From Gracilinanus agilis (taxonomy: Eukaryota), in NCBI RefSeq assembly GCF_016433145.1, contig NC_058133.1:458484590-458548589 (forward strand): a stretch of DNA of 64,000 bases, given 5' to 3'. Of the stretch, positions 62,277-64,000 are shown in pieces. Every line of letters begins with the position of its first letter. Position 1 is the first letter of the stretch. The translations under genes and the position numbers were made by a program. The notes beneath the pieces were generated by a model. The model was not told where the DNA came from and searched no databases. It saw nothing but the letters and a program-made list of their open reading frames with translations.

Positions 62277-64000
62277 GTAGGCTGGCACAGTGCCAAAGGC
62301 ATATGCCAAAACTAGACAGAGGACAGCACCAGTCCTAGGAAGGAATGAGCCTCTTGGGAAGCTGAGTGGTTCAGAACTCCTCAGTGACCCATAGTTCTGC
62401 TGCACCTAACATTTCCAACCCTACTTCTCCTACTTCTGCCTCCATTTTTTTTCATTCCAATATCATTGAACTTTTCTATAGATACAGTAATAACCATCAC
62501 CCATATTTATGTAGTGCTTTAAATTTTATAAAGCACATTCCTCAAAACAACCTTATTTTATTTTATTTTTATTTTTTCCCATGGTTCCATGATTCATGTT
62601 GTCTCCCTCCCTTCTTCCTTCTCCACTCCTGGAAATGACAAACAATTCCACTGAGTTATACAAAACTGACCTTACTTTAAATTAGAGAATAAAGCTATTA
62701 TTATCTCTATTTTACACATGAGGAAACTGAGGCTCAAGGAGCCTAAGTAATTTGTCAATGACTGTAATGCTGTGTTAGAGTTGGGATTCAAGCCCAGGTT
62801 CCCTGAATTTAAGTTTAGTGCTTTTCCTGCAATGCCTAGCATGCTCCAGTGGAAGGAGTGATAAATCTCAGCACTTCTGCTTTCTACCTTTATGACCTTG
62901 GGCAAAGGCATATGTGGGTCTCAGTATCTTCATCTGTAAAAAGAAGGAGTTGGACCCGATGACCCTGAGAGTCCCTTCCAGCTGTAAACCTTCGGTGTGG
63001 TAATCCCAATATCGCTCTGGCTCCATCCCTCATTTCAATTTGCCCCCTGGGCATAGCACTCCCTCCCTGGAGCTCCCCTAGCTGCAGTTTGGGCATCCAG
63101 CCCTAAATCAGAAATCTTTTTCTCATAGGCAAACCACTTGCCAACTCCTTCTGGAAATGTAAACAAGCCAGCCCATATTAGAAACATGTCATGATATTGC
63201 AGAGAGGGTTTCATTTTAATTGGGTTGGCTGTAACCTTGTGGAAAGCTAGTGCTTTCTCGGGTGAACTAGCATAATTACTAGGCTACAATTTGGCTTTTA
63301 ACAAATTCATCCAAAACAGTCTAGAGGGAACGAGACACCTTCTTTTGGCCGGCAGAGGGTGCCATCCCCCAGGGATCCTGGCCAGATCGCCCTGGGCAAT
63401 GAGGTAGAGCTGATTGATGCTCCTGACATGAGTGATTCTGAGCTGGGAGGGATGAGGTGTCTGTGGGTGGGTGGGTGAGCTTGATGCTCATAAAGGTGAG
63501 CACCAGACAGCATTGTATGGCTGGGCACCGAGCCAAGCTGGAAGCATAGCCATCATGAGCTGCTTCCATAGTTTTTCAAGTGGCCTCATTCCTGCCCTGC
63601 ACCAAGTGATTTAAAAGCATGTGTGTATACATAAATATATAATAATAGCTAACATTTATATAACACCTACTATGTGTCAGGGGCTGTGTTAAGTGCTTTA
63701 AATTATTATCCCCATTTTACAGTCAATGGAATTGAGGCAAATATATGGATTGAAGGGGAGGGAGAGGATTGGAAAGGGTAGGAAGAATGGAGGAGGTTGG
63801 GAAGGTCTGAACTCCTGAATCCCACTCGATTTGCTAGGCAGCTCCCTTTATCTCCCCCAGCTTAGTTTTAAATTTTTTTTTTCTAGTAGGAAATTTTTTT
63901 TTCTAGTCAATCCCAGGAACTTGGCAAATAGAGAATGGAAGGGAGGGACACACTATAAAGGTTCAGAAGATTTCATTTTATTTAGGTTGAAGAGGGAAGA

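Noticed and set aside
1-64000. CRISPR arrays, rRNA or tRNA genes, prokaryote-type systems
   Set aside because: None seen. The tRNA-like A/B boxes belong to SINE heads and regular repeats are microsatellites or TSDs.

Overview
Mammalian genomic DNA, most likely a didelphid marsupial such as Monodelphis. The species call is an inference from the SINE1_Mdo-like, MAR1-like and L1 repeats; the assembly is a draft with 5 N-gaps. The window holds the + strand body of ELAPOR1 (KIAA1324/EIG121). I traced 20 coding exons (human-equivalent 2-21) with GT-AG boundaries and a continuous frame from SEYHYEY to the cytoplasmic tail (KIRSFTSK). Exon 1 and the canonical last exon lie outside the window, and the 5' part of exon 3 is in an N-gap. 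Intron 1 holds a decayed RPL9 processed pseudogene that the ORF track misses. The rest is SINE, L1, L2, LTR and hAT debris plus microsatellites. I found no convincing new protein-coding system. The best second-look items are one target site reused by three successive retroinsertions, a SINE with an apparent 3' transduction, a young hAT MITE, a Trp-to-Leu change in the MRH-like motif, a latent in-frame recursive donor at exon 16, and a cluster of antisense LTR-like elements. Human, mouse and repeat-consensus comparisons are from memory, not from database searches.
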